Assembly: GCA_019057385.1 (NCBI GenBank)
Contig: JAHQJS010000006.1
Location: 64,001 to 128,000 of the forward strand
From: Candidatus Borrarchaeum weybense
GTDB lineage: Archaea; Asgardarchaeota; Sifarchaeia; Borrarchaeales; Borrarchaeaceae
Direction of reading: 5' to 3'
DNA: 64,000 bases
Both the position numbers and the translations under genes were made by a program. The notes beneath the pieces were generated by a model. It was not told the origin of the DNA and searched no databases. It saw only the letters and a program-made list of their open reading frames with translations. Below, in pieces: positions 1-9,972 of this stretch (the first letter of the stretch is position 1; each line of letters starts with the position of its first letter).

Positions 1-178
1 ACATTCTGGAATAAAGCGACGCACATCTACTGCATGGTTATAAGAACGTGAAATAATATGATTGCTAATAAGATTAAACGTTATAAAAAAAAGCTTCTCT
101 ATTTTTCCATGGATATAACAACCGTCTTTGTAAAAACAACGTGTATTCAATCCATCACGTCCATGACTTGATCTAATC

Positions 179-406
179 CTATCTTTCAAAAGATGAAAGT
201 TTATACCTATAATAGACACTGAAATCTGGATTTACCATTCTCCAAATTTCAATAATCCAACTGTCAGCCCTATCAATCATTACCAGAAGTTCCTCAAAAT
301 GAGGTCTATTTTCTTCTGTTGCAGTCCCGTCGAGATCAGGAGTTACAATCATAATTCTACCACCGAGCTTTAGAATGTGCAGCAATTCTTTTAAGGCCGT
401 CTTCAT
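179..406 (-). pseudogene. Fragment of a class I SAM methyltransferase
   Basis: ALKELLHILKLGGRIMIVTPDLD resembles the 'L.E..R.LKPGG...I..P' motif of Methyltransf_11. The N-terminal GxG motif is absent and the flanks contain stops. Confidence 0.5.
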
Positions 407-849
407 TCAAGGCCGCATTCTTGTTCTTAAAGGCAAGATTTTTAGTTTTTTATATTCGTTTGGATATCTTACAACTTATTCGTGCCTATGTTATCTCATC
501 CATTGAAGTATAGTTTTAATTTCGTGAATTCCATCGTACGCAAACTATCACATATTCAGATTGTATAGTAAACTATGTCACTTTAAACTCCTTTACTTAA
601 TAAACAAACTCCCTAAAGAATGGATTGTAAAATTGGTTTGCAAATGTGTTCAATGCGATCAACTTCCTAACAGATTTACGCACAAACTCGCTAAAGATCA
701 ATTCCTAATCATTATATATTCAAAGGTAAGTTTGAAATTTTTAATATGCATATCATAACTCATTTCACTAGGGATGGTGATAAACAAAAGCTCAATAGTA
801 ATTCATACTAAGAAGTATCTAAAACATGGTTATTTCCCATTTCAGCAAA

Positions 850-861
850 CCCCCCCCCCCC
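850..861. repeat. C12 homopolymer in divergent intergenic region
   Basis: Twelve consecutive C directly followed by AATTTATAT, in very AT-rich DNA. Confidence 0.9.
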
Positions 862-1001
862 AATTTATATCTGACAAGTCTGAATCGGAGAACTGGCAAT
901 TTTCTAATTTGTTATATCTGAGAACATTTCTTTTACCTGATTCTGCCGAAAACTAAGGTTTAAATACAAATGTTACTATTTAAGAGCGATTTACAGATAT
1001 T

Positions 1002-1062
1002 AAAACATTTTATAAAGGATTTTCCGAAAAATTTGGTGGAAAATAACGAGCTTAGTTGGTGA
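1002..1062 (+). promoter_or_regulatory. Putative archaeal TATA box (TTTATAAA, 1009-1016) and GGTGA RBS (1058-1062) for the radical SAM gene
   Basis: An A-rich BRE-like run precedes TTTATAAA, and GGTGA lies 4 nt before ATG 1067. Confidence 0.5.
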
Positions 1063-1066
1063 ACTT

Positions 1067-1984
1067 ATGCAGAGGGAGCTGAAAGAATTGCAGAATATAT
1101 ATTTGAAGTATTTAGAAGAAGGAAAAATACCTCTACCAAGGATAATCCATGTGGAAACTAGGTCTAAATGTAATGGGTTCTGCAGTTTCTGTCCCGCTTC
1201 AATTAACTCTGATAAGCGTAAGGATCTTTATATGCCAGATGAACTTATTGAAAAGGTTATCGAAGAATTGAGTGAGTTAGATTACCCTAATCGGTTATCA
1301 TTTTATAATAACAATGAGCCTTTTTTAGATAAGCGGATATTCGAAATTGTTAAATTAACTAGGGCGAAACTGCCTAAAGCATATTTAGAATTAAAGTCAA
1401 ATGGTACAGTATTAACGACCCAAAAAATCATTAGAATATTCAATGCCGGACTCGATATGCTTTACATTAATGATTATTCAAATAATAACCAGTTTAGGAA
1501 AAACGTCAAACAAATAATTGAAGATCTAAAACAGATAAGACGTTTTAAGGGTCATTTAGAGGAAAATCAGTATTTCAGCAGAATTAAAATTAAACTTAGA
1601 GATTTAAATGCTGTTTTAGGAACCAGAGCAGGAACAAGTCCCAACAAGCCATACAAGAAACCTCCCATGCAAAAAGTATGTTTTCGTTCTTTTGAGATGA
1701 TGGTCATAAATCCCGAGGGTGATGTTACTGTTTGTAGTGAAGATTTTTATCACAGTATAAACATGGGGAATATCAAAAAACAAACTTTATTTGAAATTTG
1801 GACATCTAAGGAATGGAATAATCTCAGGGGCAAATTAATTATTGGTGACCGTTTATGTACAGATGCTTGCTCAAAATGTGACTTTATGGGTTTTTCTCGT
1901 GAAATATTAAAGGAACACGAACTTTACAAAAAATATTCTAAGTTAGGAAAATTAAAAGCGTTTTATGATTCCTTATTCAATTAA
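1067..1984 (+). CDS. Radical SAM protein with SPASM/twitch domain
   Basis: CNGFCSFC (CxxxCxxC), NEPFLD, and C-terminal C...G.VTVC..D....GNI...L.EIW...CSKC. Confidence 0.9.
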   Translation: MQRELKELQNIYLKYLEEGKIPLPRIIHVETRSKCNGFCSFCPASINSDKRKDLYMPDELIEKVIEELSELDYPNRLSFYNNNEPFLDKRIFEIVKLTRAKLPKAYLELKSNGTVLTTQKIIRIFNAGLDMLYINDYSNNNQFRKNVKQIIEDLKQIRRFKGHLEENQYFSRIKIKLRDLNAVLGTRAGTSPNKPYKKPPMQKVCFRSFEMMVINPEGDVTVCSEDFYHSINMGNIKKQTLFEIWTSKEWNNLRGKLIIGDRLCTDACSKCDFMGFSREILKEHELYKKYSKLGKLKAFYDSLFN

Positions 1985-1997
1985 ATATTGAAACTGA

Positions 1998-2978
1998 GTG
2001 AGTATGTCGCAAAAAATATTATTTGCAGTAATAGGTACATCCGGCATAGCCTCAGACCATATAAGAGCTCTACAAAATTCTCCTAAGGCTGATGTAGTTT
2101 TCATTTACAGTCGAGATATTGACAGATCCATGCAATTTGCAGAGGGTTTTGGGTTGACCCCTGTCAAGTTATATGAGGAGATTTTAAATGATAAAACAAT
2201 CGACGCCGTAGATATTGTGACAGAACCTAGCAGACATGCTAAACTTGCATTAGAAGCTATAAAATATGGGAAACATGTTTTAATTGAGAAACCGTTAGAC
2301 ACCGATATCACATTAGCTGAAAAATTGATGGTAGAGGCTGAAAAATCCCCCAAAATAACAAGCGTAATATCACAAAAGCGTTTTGAACCAACTATAAAGT
2401 CCATGAAAGAAGAACTTGAAAGAGGGTCAATAGGACGACCATATTTAGCAGAAGTTAAATTATTGTGGGAAAGAACCAACGAATATTATCGTCACGGTAA
2501 CGGATGGAGGAGTACTTTAGGCAACGTCTTAATCAATCAGGCTATACATTGGATCGATATTGGGCTCTGGTTTTTTGGTCTCCCAAATAAAGTGCAATCA
2601 TTAACTACAAAAGTTAAAGAAAGCATATCTTGTTATGATACTGCAATATGCTGCCTGAAATTTACCAGAAATGTTTTGTTTAATCTAGTTTGCTCTACTG
2701 CTGTTCAGAAGAGTCAACCAGAAGAATTCAGAATATATGGAACAAAAGGTATCCTCGATTATAATGTGCGAAAGAACTCAAAGTTAAGGAACAAATTCTC
2801 CATACTAAATAAGGCAATCAGTTTTCTAAATCCGATTAAAAGTCCTCTCCAATGCCAGATAGATGAGTTTGTCGATTCAATAATCAGTAAAAAATCTCCA
2901 TTGGTTTCTGTTAAAGATGCTTATGCTGCCTTGAAAATAGCAAAAATTTGCGAAGAAGAGAACGTAGCAAAGAAATAA
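1998..2978 (+). CDS. Gfo/Idh/MocA family oxidoreductase (probable NDP-sugar dehydrogenase)
   Basis: AVIGTSGIA Rossmann motif, GKHVLIEKP, NQAIHWID. Confidence 0.9.
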   Translation: MSMSQKILFAVIGTSGIASDHIRALQNSPKADVVFIYSRDIDRSMQFAEGFGLTPVKLYEEILNDKTIDAVDIVTEPSRHAKLALEAIKYGKHVLIEKPLDTDITLAEKLMVEAEKSPKITSVISQKRFEPTIKSMKEELERGSIGRPYLAEVKLLWERTNEYYRHGNGWRSTLGNVLINQAIHWIDIGLWFFGLPNKVQSLTTKVKESISCYDTAICCLKFTRNVLFNLVCSTAVQKSQPEEFRIYGTKGILDYNVRKNSKLRNKFSILNKAISFLNPIKSPLQCQIDEFVDSIISKKSPLVSVKDAYAALKIAKICEEENVAKK

Positions 2979-3155
2979 AAGGACTGAAATATAAAAAAAT
3001 AACAATTTTTAAAGCCCTTAAAGAAGTTTTTGAAATCAATATTATCATTTACTAATGAAAACCAACTGAATCGATTTATCGAGTGAAATAAACTACGGAA
3101 ATCAATTTAAAATGTAAATCATCATTTTCTTAGATTTCTAAGTTCACTTAAAGCG

Positions 3156-4421
3156 CTATTGGGATTTTTCATCGTATTCAGTACGCCTTGCTTCCATCAT
3201 TTTTATCATATCTGATAAAAATCCAAAGAGGACTAACTGAAGACTTGAAATGATAAGTGTGGCTACCAAGACTACAGAACCTATCCCGAAAAGCCTTCCT
3301 GTTCTTAATGTTTCAAATAATACATAAAGACCATAAATCAATCCAGTTAAGAAAAATACGAGTCCGGTAAAACTGAATAAGTAAATACCTCTATGAAAAT
3401 AGAGTTTCCTTTGTGTTCCACGAAAGAGTATAGTAAGTACTCTTAAGATGTATTTAGGCAGATTAATATAGGACTTCCTTGTCCCATAAATAGTTTTAAC
3501 TGGAACGAATTTAACTTGCACTCCCTTTACACTGCATTCGATCAGGATGTCATTTGGAATTCCCCAGCGATCTGAAAGAAATTCCAGATTAATCCTTTTT
3601 AGCGCATCTCTCGAAATTGCTGTATATCCACATTGAGAGTCCTTAACGTCATAATCTGTAATTGCACTTGTTAAAAAACTGAGAAATCTATTTCCAATAT
3701 ATCTAAAATGTGGCATTCCCTTTTCTACTGGACGTCCACTCAGTCTCTCTCCAACCACATAATCAGCATCTCCTCTTACAATAGGTTCAATAACTGTGGA
3801 AATTTCCGTTGGATCATGTTGACCATCACCTGCAACTACTATGGCAATATCGTCATTATTTCGTAGTGCTTCTTTGTAACCTGTTTTAATACTTGCGCCA
3901 ACACCTCTATTCTTTACATGACGAATAACGGAAGTAGCACCTGCTGCCAAGGCTTCTCCTGCAGTATTATCTGTGCTATGGTCATCTATGACAATGATGT
4001 CTTGAACGATATCTTTAGGTATCTTCTTTACCACTTTGCCAATTCTGCCTTCTTCATTGTATGCAGGAATGGCTACTGCAATTTTTAGACGTCTTTGTGA
4101 TGTCATAACCTTTTGAAATTCCTTTGCCACAAGTTCTTTCTCTGGCGCTCTCTTTTTTCTATAAATTAATCTTTTAACCCCGCCTGCTAGGAACAGTACG
4201 ACGCCTACAATAAATGAAATCCAAGCTACTGCAGCAAAATATGCTAAAAAGCCAAATGAACTAAGATAAAGGAGTGGCCAAGTAAGTAAAAAGTTCAGAT
4301 AACCAAAATAAAATTGAATGTGACTAAGAATGAAGAAGAGTATAGCGGCAAGTCCAAAAATAATGATACATATAATTGAAAGCATAAATGCAATGATACT
4401 TAAAAACCATAATTTTGACAT
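3156..4421 (-). CDS. GT2 polyprenol-phosphate glycosyltransferase (DPM1/GtrB-like) with N- and C-terminal TM segments
   Basis: IPAYNEE, VIDDHSTDNT, NRGVGAS, GDGQHDP, DSQCGY. The first ~85 aa and the C-terminus are hydrophobic. Confidence 0.85.
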   Translation of the reverse strand: MSKLWFLSIIAFMLSIICIIIFGLAAILFFILSHIQFYFGYLNFLLTWPLLYLSSFGFLAYFAAVAWISFIVGVVLFLAGGVKRLIYRKKRAPEKELVAKEFQKVMTSQRRLKIAVAIPAYNEEGRIGKVVKKIPKDIVQDIIVIDDHSTDNTAGEALAAGATSVIRHVKNRGVGASIKTGYKEALRNNDDIAIVVAGDGQHDPTEISTVIEPIVRGDADYVVGERLSGRPVEKGMPHFRYIGNRFLSFLTSAITDYDVKDSQCGYTAISRDALKRINLEFLSDRWGIPNDILIECSVKGVQVKFVPVKTIYGTRKSYINLPKYILRVLTILFRGTQRKLYFHRGIYLFSFTGLVFFLTGLIYGLYVLFETLRTGRLFGIGSVVLVATLIISSLQLVLFGFLSDMIKMMEARRTEYDEKSQ

Positions 4422-4571
4422 TTAGCTAACCCTTTCTATTCAACTCTCCTGTCATACTCACATATTCGTGACCCACTTAACTCCTTAGCACTAATTTAAG
4501 TGTTTTGTAAAGAATTCTGAAAATAACGGTTTATACCTCTAAAACTTCATGTGAGTTACATAAGACTTCTT

Positions 4572-6314
4572 CTACGTGCTGAATTCGAATATTATCATAC
4601 CTGCAGTTCTATAAATTTCTTTAAAATAGTTATTTGCCTTAATTAGTTGCGCAACGGCGTCGATTTCCAAGACGATATAGTTAATGTTATTTTGAGAGCA
4701 AAATATTGCCAGTTCTGATGGAGCAAGATCATAAAGGCTTTGGTTTAAGATAATGCTTCTAGGATATAAAATAGAATAATATGGATGAGAATCTTCGCTT
4801 AATACCAAGATTACTGCATTTTCAGGGGAATTATCACATAGCCAAAGAGCAGCCGCTACATCTTCAGATCTGTGATACCTAGAAATGGTTGTATGGTATC
4901 CTACTACCATTCCAAAATAAATCTGATACACTAAACACATTACAATAAAAAAGTGAAGCATGTAAGATTTTATATTGCCTTTTTGATTTAGAGGCGTTAA
5001 AACCTTACCGAATGCTTTTATCGTACTCCATAAACCTTGTGCGGCTAAAGTAGACGCAAAAACAGAGAAAACGGGATAAATCCTTATGTTCATCCACCAA
5101 TATGGTAAATTGATAAAGTTAATTAGAATGAATGAATATAAAAAACACATTGGATAAAACATTCGTTCAGATGAGCGATTTAAAAGAAAATAGATTACTC
5201 CAATAAATGAGAACGCTAAACTATAGCCAAATGTCCAGTATGAATTTGTGTAAGAATTATGAAAAAACGAAATATTTGCACTAAAGGTACTAGATAAAAT
5301 ATAACTCAAAATTGTTTGAGTAAAATTCGGCAGAAGTAAACCTGCACTAATTATTGATAAAACTGTCATAACTGAAATTCTATAAGGTTTAGTTAATACA
5401 ATATAAAGAAGCGCTGGTACTACAACTGGTCCAAAACAACTAAAGCTGATTAACCCTAACCCTAGTATGGTCAGCAGTCCAAGAATTTCTGCTTTCAGAT
5501 CTTTTTCGATAATAAATAGGGCTAAAACTGCAATTAGAAACAATCCAACTGATTCTGTAATATAGATTTTCCCCCTCCAAATTACTAATTGTGAGGTCCC
5601 ATAAACAAGGACTGAGTAGATAGCGAACTTATCTGAATTAAGAAGTTTTTTGGAAGCAGTATATACCCCTAGACATTGTAAAAAATATAGAAATGTCCCT
5701 ATATAAAATACTATATAATAAGAATTTATCAAATTAGGCAGAATCATCAATGCTAAAAAATATGCCGCTCCACGTGGGAACCATCCCAAATAGTCATACT
5801 CCCAAGATCCAGTTTCGGCTTGAATATGCCCAGTTACCGCTATCTTCTTACTTTCAATGAGCCAGAACCATGGATCCCTCGCAGGCAAAACGATGCTCTT
5901 TAATAAATCATTTAATATGAAAAATACAATGAAGCATAAAACTAATAGTAGAAGTACATTCGATGTATTTATTTTACTAACTTTTAATTTGATAAGTAGA
6001 TCTTTCCCTACATCCCTTTTGAGTTTATGTCTTACATTTTTTAATAAATGAAAAATATCTTTGTGATAAAGTAGAATTACAAGACATGGAAATGGTAGAA
6101 TGGATGTTGTCAACGTTACTAAGTTAATGATTAAAAATTCATCTAGAAGATAACTAACTATTACTAAATAACTGATTCCTATCCCTATTGCTAGAATAAA
6201 TAGTTCTAGGGTTTCGTATCTTTTGAGATCTCGATATAAAATGCTCAATATAGAAAGTCCTGGAATAGTTGTGATGCCTATAAACCAAACAAGAAGTAAT
6301 ATGATATTAATCAA
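4572..6314 (-). CDS. Polytopic GT-C-like membrane protein (STT3/AglB-like), paralog 1
   Basis: More than 10 TM segments, ARDPWFW in the first loop, C-terminal soluble domain DVAAALWL..NSPENAVI ending IIFEF. Confidence 0.65.
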   Translation of the reverse strand: MINIILLLVWFIGITTIPGLSILSILYRDLKRYETLELFILAIGIGISYLVIVSYLLDEFLIINLVTLTTSILPFPCLVILLYHKDIFHLLKNVRHKLKRDVGKDLLIKLKVSKINTSNVLLLLVLCFIVFFILNDLLKSIVLPARDPWFWLIESKKIAVTGHIQAETGSWEYDYLGWFPRGAAYFLALMILPNLINSYYIVFYIGTFLYFLQCLGVYTASKKLLNSDKFAIYSVLVYGTSQLVIWRGKIYITESVGLFLIAVLALFIIEKDLKAEILGLLTILGLGLISFSCFGPVVVPALLYIVLTKPYRISVMTVLSIISAGLLLPNFTQTILSYILSSTFSANISFFHNSYTNSYWTFGYSLAFSFIGVIYFLLNRSSERMFYPMCFLYSFILINFINLPYWWMNIRIYPVFSVFASTLAAQGLWSTIKAFGKVLTPLNQKGNIKSYMLHFFIVMCLVYQIYFGMVVGYHTTISRYHRSEDVAAALWLCDNSPENAVILVLSEDSHPYYSILYPRSIILNQSLYDLAPSELAIFCSQNNINYIVLEIDAVAQLIKANNYFKEIYRTAGMIIFEFST

Positions 6315-6736
6315 ACTTGAACCTCTTTAATGCCGTATCAAATCCAGTTTACAGACTTTTTCCATGCAGACGAGAAGAATCCGCAAGTTTGCACATCTTC
6401 CTTCATAAATTGGTTTTAAATATTTCCTCTTTCAACCTAAAGAGGATTTTTCTAACTTTTGATACGATTTAAAATATCGAGAATTAACAGTATCAAACAA
6501 AATAACAAATCTTCACGTTTTTGTAAAGATAAATAGTTGTCCAATAGCATTCTGGTTTCTTCTTTTTAATGTTTCATCCATTAGACATTCATTAAGGTAT
6601 ATTAAATGTGTACTATGGTATTTTTTTCTTGTATAAAGAAATAATGCAAAAGTTGTTTTTTTTCCTTCTAAGAAAATAGAGAGTTCCAATTCGACATATA
6701 ATTCAGCAAACTGCTTGAATATTGTCTCCTATTAAG

Positions 6737-7723
6737 TCAAATATCGTGTATTATGCCTCTAATGAATCCAAGAGACCAGCCAAAAAATTCTACAACAAAG
6801 ATGAGCACTAAAAATAAAAAAAACTTACGATTTAGATTATTTTGAATAACTAAATGTGTTGAAAACGCCAAAATTACAAGGAAATAAGTCATAATCGCGC
6901 CTAAAACTACGATGAAAAGAATGTGCCAATTAAATGCCAATACTATTAGTATTATTATTGAAATCAATTCTAAAGAGGGGAGTATGTGTATCCATTCTAT
7001 TAATTTTGTATTCTTTTTGGCTAATTGAGCTCTTCCTATTGCATATCTGAATATTTGTCTGAAAAATGCTCGTGGTGTAGCTCTATGATAATGAAAAACC
7101 TTTGCAGAAGGAATATACAATATTTTGTAGCCTTGTCCCCTAAGTCTTTGATTCAATTCTGCATCTTCTGCCGTTATCAAACTCTCATTAAATAGTCCAA
7201 TTTCATTGAAGATATCTTTATAATAGGCCGCGTTGCAACCAGGAGCACTCTTAACGTATTTATTTCCTCTTAAGACCTTAGTATGGGTAGACGTACCTCC
7301 TCCCAAAGGGGTCGATAATGCAAGTCCAACCGCTTTAGAAAAATTATCTAAGTCTGGCGGGATGGTATTTGGACCCGTTGCGCAAACAATGCCTTTATTT
7401 CTATCTAATGCTAAAACCAAATCATCTAACCAATTTTTTTCAACTATGCAATCACCATCTGTAAAGGCAATTATGTCACCTTCTGCAATCTTAATTCCTT
7501 CATTACATGCCCCCGCTCGCGTTCCCTTATTCTCATAAATTATCCTTATGTCATATTTGGATGCAATGCGTATAGTATCATCTGTTGAATGTCCATCTAC
7601 GATTATTACTTCTTTTTTTGAATAATTCAAATTGAATATGGACTTTAAACAATTTTCTATTGTTCTCTCATTATTTTTTGTTGGTAAGATAATGCTCACA
7701 AGGGGATTTTTGAAAACATCCAC
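6737..7723 (-). CDS. GT2 glycosyltransferase with C-terminal TM helices
   Basis: VSIILPTKN, IVDGHSTDDT, AFTDGDC, TAEDAEL. Confidence 0.9.
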   Translation of the reverse strand: MDVFKNPLVSIILPTKNNERTIENCLKSIFNLNYSKKEVIIVDGHSTDDTIRIASKYDIRIIYENKGTRAGACNEGIKIAEGDIIAFTDGDCIVEKNWLDDLVLALDRNKGIVCATGPNTIPPDLDNFSKAVGLALSTPLGGGTSTHTKVLRGNKYVKSAPGCNAAYYKDIFNEIGLFNESLITAEDAELNQRLRGQGYKILYIPSAKVFHYHRATPRAFFRQIFRYAIGRAQLAKKNTKLIEWIHILPSLELISIIILIVLAFNWHILFIVVLGAIMTYFLVILAFSTHLVIQNNLNRKFFLFLVLIFVVEFFGWSLGFIRGIIHDI

Positions 7724-7920
7724 TTTTTTCCAATCCTAAATATTCCAATTAAAGAATCGTTAATACACATTTCCAAAATATTGTTTTCGTTCCGCTACTT
7801 ATATTTGTAGAAGAATGATCATTTTTCCATAGAATTAAATTCATATATCATCCGTCAGCCCCTTCGGCTCTATTAGGACTCGATTATAACATTACCACAT
7901 GAATTAGTTTGATATTTGTA

Positions 7921-7987
7921 CCGTTCCTTTCATTATAGACATCTCTTACAGAGTGACTATTTGAATATTAACAGTTACACACCCTAG
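7921..7987 (+). mobile_element. Short, internally deleted copy of the 19551-19927 element
   Basis: 7921-7960 matches the reverse complement of 19888-19927 at 36/40. 7965-7987 resembles the reverse complement of 19551-19575. The segment is absent from the paralogous spacer at 51380-51441. Confidence 0.65.
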
Positions 7988-7997
7988 ATGCTCATCT

Positions 7998-8741
7998 CTA
8001 TTTACAAAAAGCAATTCCAATATTTCTAAAAATCCAATAGTTCAAGTGATGTCTTTCACAAAAAATTAGAAAAGCATTCTTCAGAAAAGGTAAACTTACA
8101 ACATCATGCGATGATAGTACTCCATTTTGATTTACATGTTTAAAAGCTATATTATATTCCCAATACATGTGCTCTAATGTATGAAGACTATCATGAAAAA
8201 AGAGGTCTATGTGACTTAGCTGATTTAGCAATTTAGGGAGTAACACGGTGCTATCCCCGATAATTAATTCCCACCTATCTAAGGCTGCTTCTCGAACAAG
8301 AAAACCTTTAGGCGGCATATTTGGATCATGAGGGAGATCGATACTATATAATTTACCGGATCCGTTTTTCTTTATTGCCTCAAGGATATGAGAACTGGAT
8401 GCACCGTATAAAGTACCTGTTTCAACGACAATACTTGGCTTTAGTGCCCGGACTAATAAATATAGAGTTTCGCAATCAAAATTGAAAGTTGTGTCACTAC
8501 TGTGTCCAATCATTTTAATCAATTCAGATTTCTTAGAATCATACCAGGATTTAAATTCCGAATTAAGATATGCGGAATAAAAGGTCTTTGCGTCAACATC
8601 AAAATTTGTAGATAAAAACTCTAAGAAATTAGCACGTTCTTTGGTGTCTGGAGTTCTTTGTTCGATTAAAAGTTTATATAATTTTGTAAGCACCTGAGTT
8701 GGATACCTGATCGATTTCAATAGTAGTTTATGGTTTTTCAT
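7998..8741 (-). CDS. Class I SAM methyltransferase (Methyltransf_24-like)
   Basis: VVETGTLYGASS, LYSIDLP, DLFFHDSLHT, SHDV. Confidence 0.85.
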   Translation of the reverse strand: MKNHKLLLKSIRYPTQVLTKLYKLLIEQRTPDTKERANFLEFLSTNFDVDAKTFYSAYLNSEFKSWYDSKKSELIKMIGHSSDTTFNFDCETLYLLVRALKPSIVVETGTLYGASSSHILEAIKKNGSGKLYSIDLPHDPNMPPKGFLVREAALDRWELIIGDSTVLLPKLLNQLSHIDLFFHDSLHTLEHMYWEYNIAFKHVNQNGVLSSHDVVSLPFLKNAFLIFCERHHLNYWIFRNIGIAFCK

Positions 8742-8770
8742 TTTTTTTAACTACTTCCATATTCTAACGT

Positions 8771-8793
8771 CCCCATATTTACAAGATCTGGGG
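8771..8793. promoter_or_regulatory. Inverted repeat upstream of the methyltransferase, conserved at 52218-52240
   Basis: CCCCATAT-ttacaag-ATCTGGGG here; perfect CCCCATAT-ttacaag-ATATGGGG in the paralog. Confidence 0.5.
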
Positions 8794-8979
8794 CGCAAAA
8801 TATCTTACAGAGATCTATATCAATTTTTTTCAAAATTGTCCATTGTTTTTTAATTCACAAATCACTTTTTATTTTTCGTTTTAAGAGATTATTTCTGACA
8901 TTAAATCAACATATAATTAGTTTAAAGACTTTTGATAAGAAATCGAAACTAACCACAGAGTACCATGCTTTTTTTCTTC

Positions 8980-9960
8980 TTACTTTCCTACAAAAAAGAG
9001 AAATCGAAGTCGTATAAGTATCTTTAGGAGAACCGATATCTGAAAAATCTTTATAATTCTAAAGAGTAATTTGTAGAGGTTTGATGGATGGTATTTAACT
9101 CCTTCAGCCATCAGTGTAAAAGCGTCGTTTTTTTTATGTTGTCTTAACAATAGAAAACTCCAATAGTTATAACGGCGAAATATTGCTTTTTTTTCAAAAG
9201 AGGATAATGGTGTTTCCAAGAACTGTTGTAGATCTTTAGTAAGTGCCTTTTCACTAATTCCCTTCTCTCTTGCAAAAGCTAATCGCCTTGCAAATATTCC
9301 CATTCTCCTTTGAACAGCAATTTTTTTGTAAGTAAAAGAATGGACGCTTAAACGACGTATATATAAAGGAGTTGATAGATTCGCGGCTTCAAAGTTTTCA
9401 ACAAATCTCAACCATAGATCGTAATCCTGTGTTGTAAAAAAAATCTCTCTGTAACCTCCCACTTCAAAAAAAGACTGCCGCTTAAATATTACTGAACCAT
9501 GACAGAAAAGATTATCTTGTTTTATAATTTTCTGGATGGAAGAATAATCACATGGATATTTTCTCGTGTGGATATATGCACCTCTTCCGTCTATAATTTT
9601 AACTGCAGTACCAATCAGGGCCAGATTATTATGACTTTCTAAGAATTCGATCTGTTTTTCAAGTCTTTCGGGCATTGAAATATCATCGGCATCCTGGCGT
9701 GCAATATATTCTCCTTTTGCCAGTGCGATCCCTTTATTTAAGGATTTTGTTAACCCTATGTTTTCTTGGTGAATTAAAACAATACGTGAATCATTATATG
9801 ACTCAAGAATCTCTCGTGTGCCATCAGTAGAGCCATCATTTATGACAATGAATTCAAAATCTTTAAAGGTTTGATTTAGGATGCTGGCAATAGCTATACG
9901 GAGATATTTTTCGTTGTTGTAGACAGGCATCACTACGCTAACTTTGGGTACATGTTCCAT
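8980..9960 (-). CDS. GT2 glycosyltransferase
   Basis: VSVVMPVYN, INDGSTDGT, ARQDADD, QDYDLWLR. Confidence 0.92.
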   Translation of the reverse strand: MEHVPKVSVVMPVYNNEKYLRIAIASILNQTFKDFEFIVINDGSTDGTREILESYNDSRIVLIHQENIGLTKSLNKGIALAKGEYIARQDADDISMPERLEKQIEFLESHNNLALIGTAVKIIDGRGAYIHTRKYPCDYSSIQKIIKQDNLFCHGSVIFKRQSFFEVGGYREIFFTTQDYDLWLRFVENFEAANLSTPLYIRRLSVHSFTYKKIAVQRRMGIFARRLAFAREKGISEKALTKDLQQFLETPLSSFEKKAIFRRYNYWSFLLLRQHKKNDAFTLMAEGVKYHPSNLYKLLFRIIKIFQISVLLKILIRLRFLFFVGK

Positions 9961-9972
9961 TACTTCTAACCC

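Larger units (their letters stand above)
4565..8882. repeat. Segmental duplication block 1 (GT-C, GT2, Methyltransf_24), paralogous to ~48010-52330
   Basis: Three collinear paralogous ORFs plus conserved upstream DNA (6314-6370 vs 49764-49815; 8741-8882 vs 52185-52330). Confidence 0.9.

Noticed and set aside
561-956. Two short + strand ORFs of 60-65 aa
   Set aside because: No motifs or RBS. One is open only through the poly-C tract. Likely intergenic.
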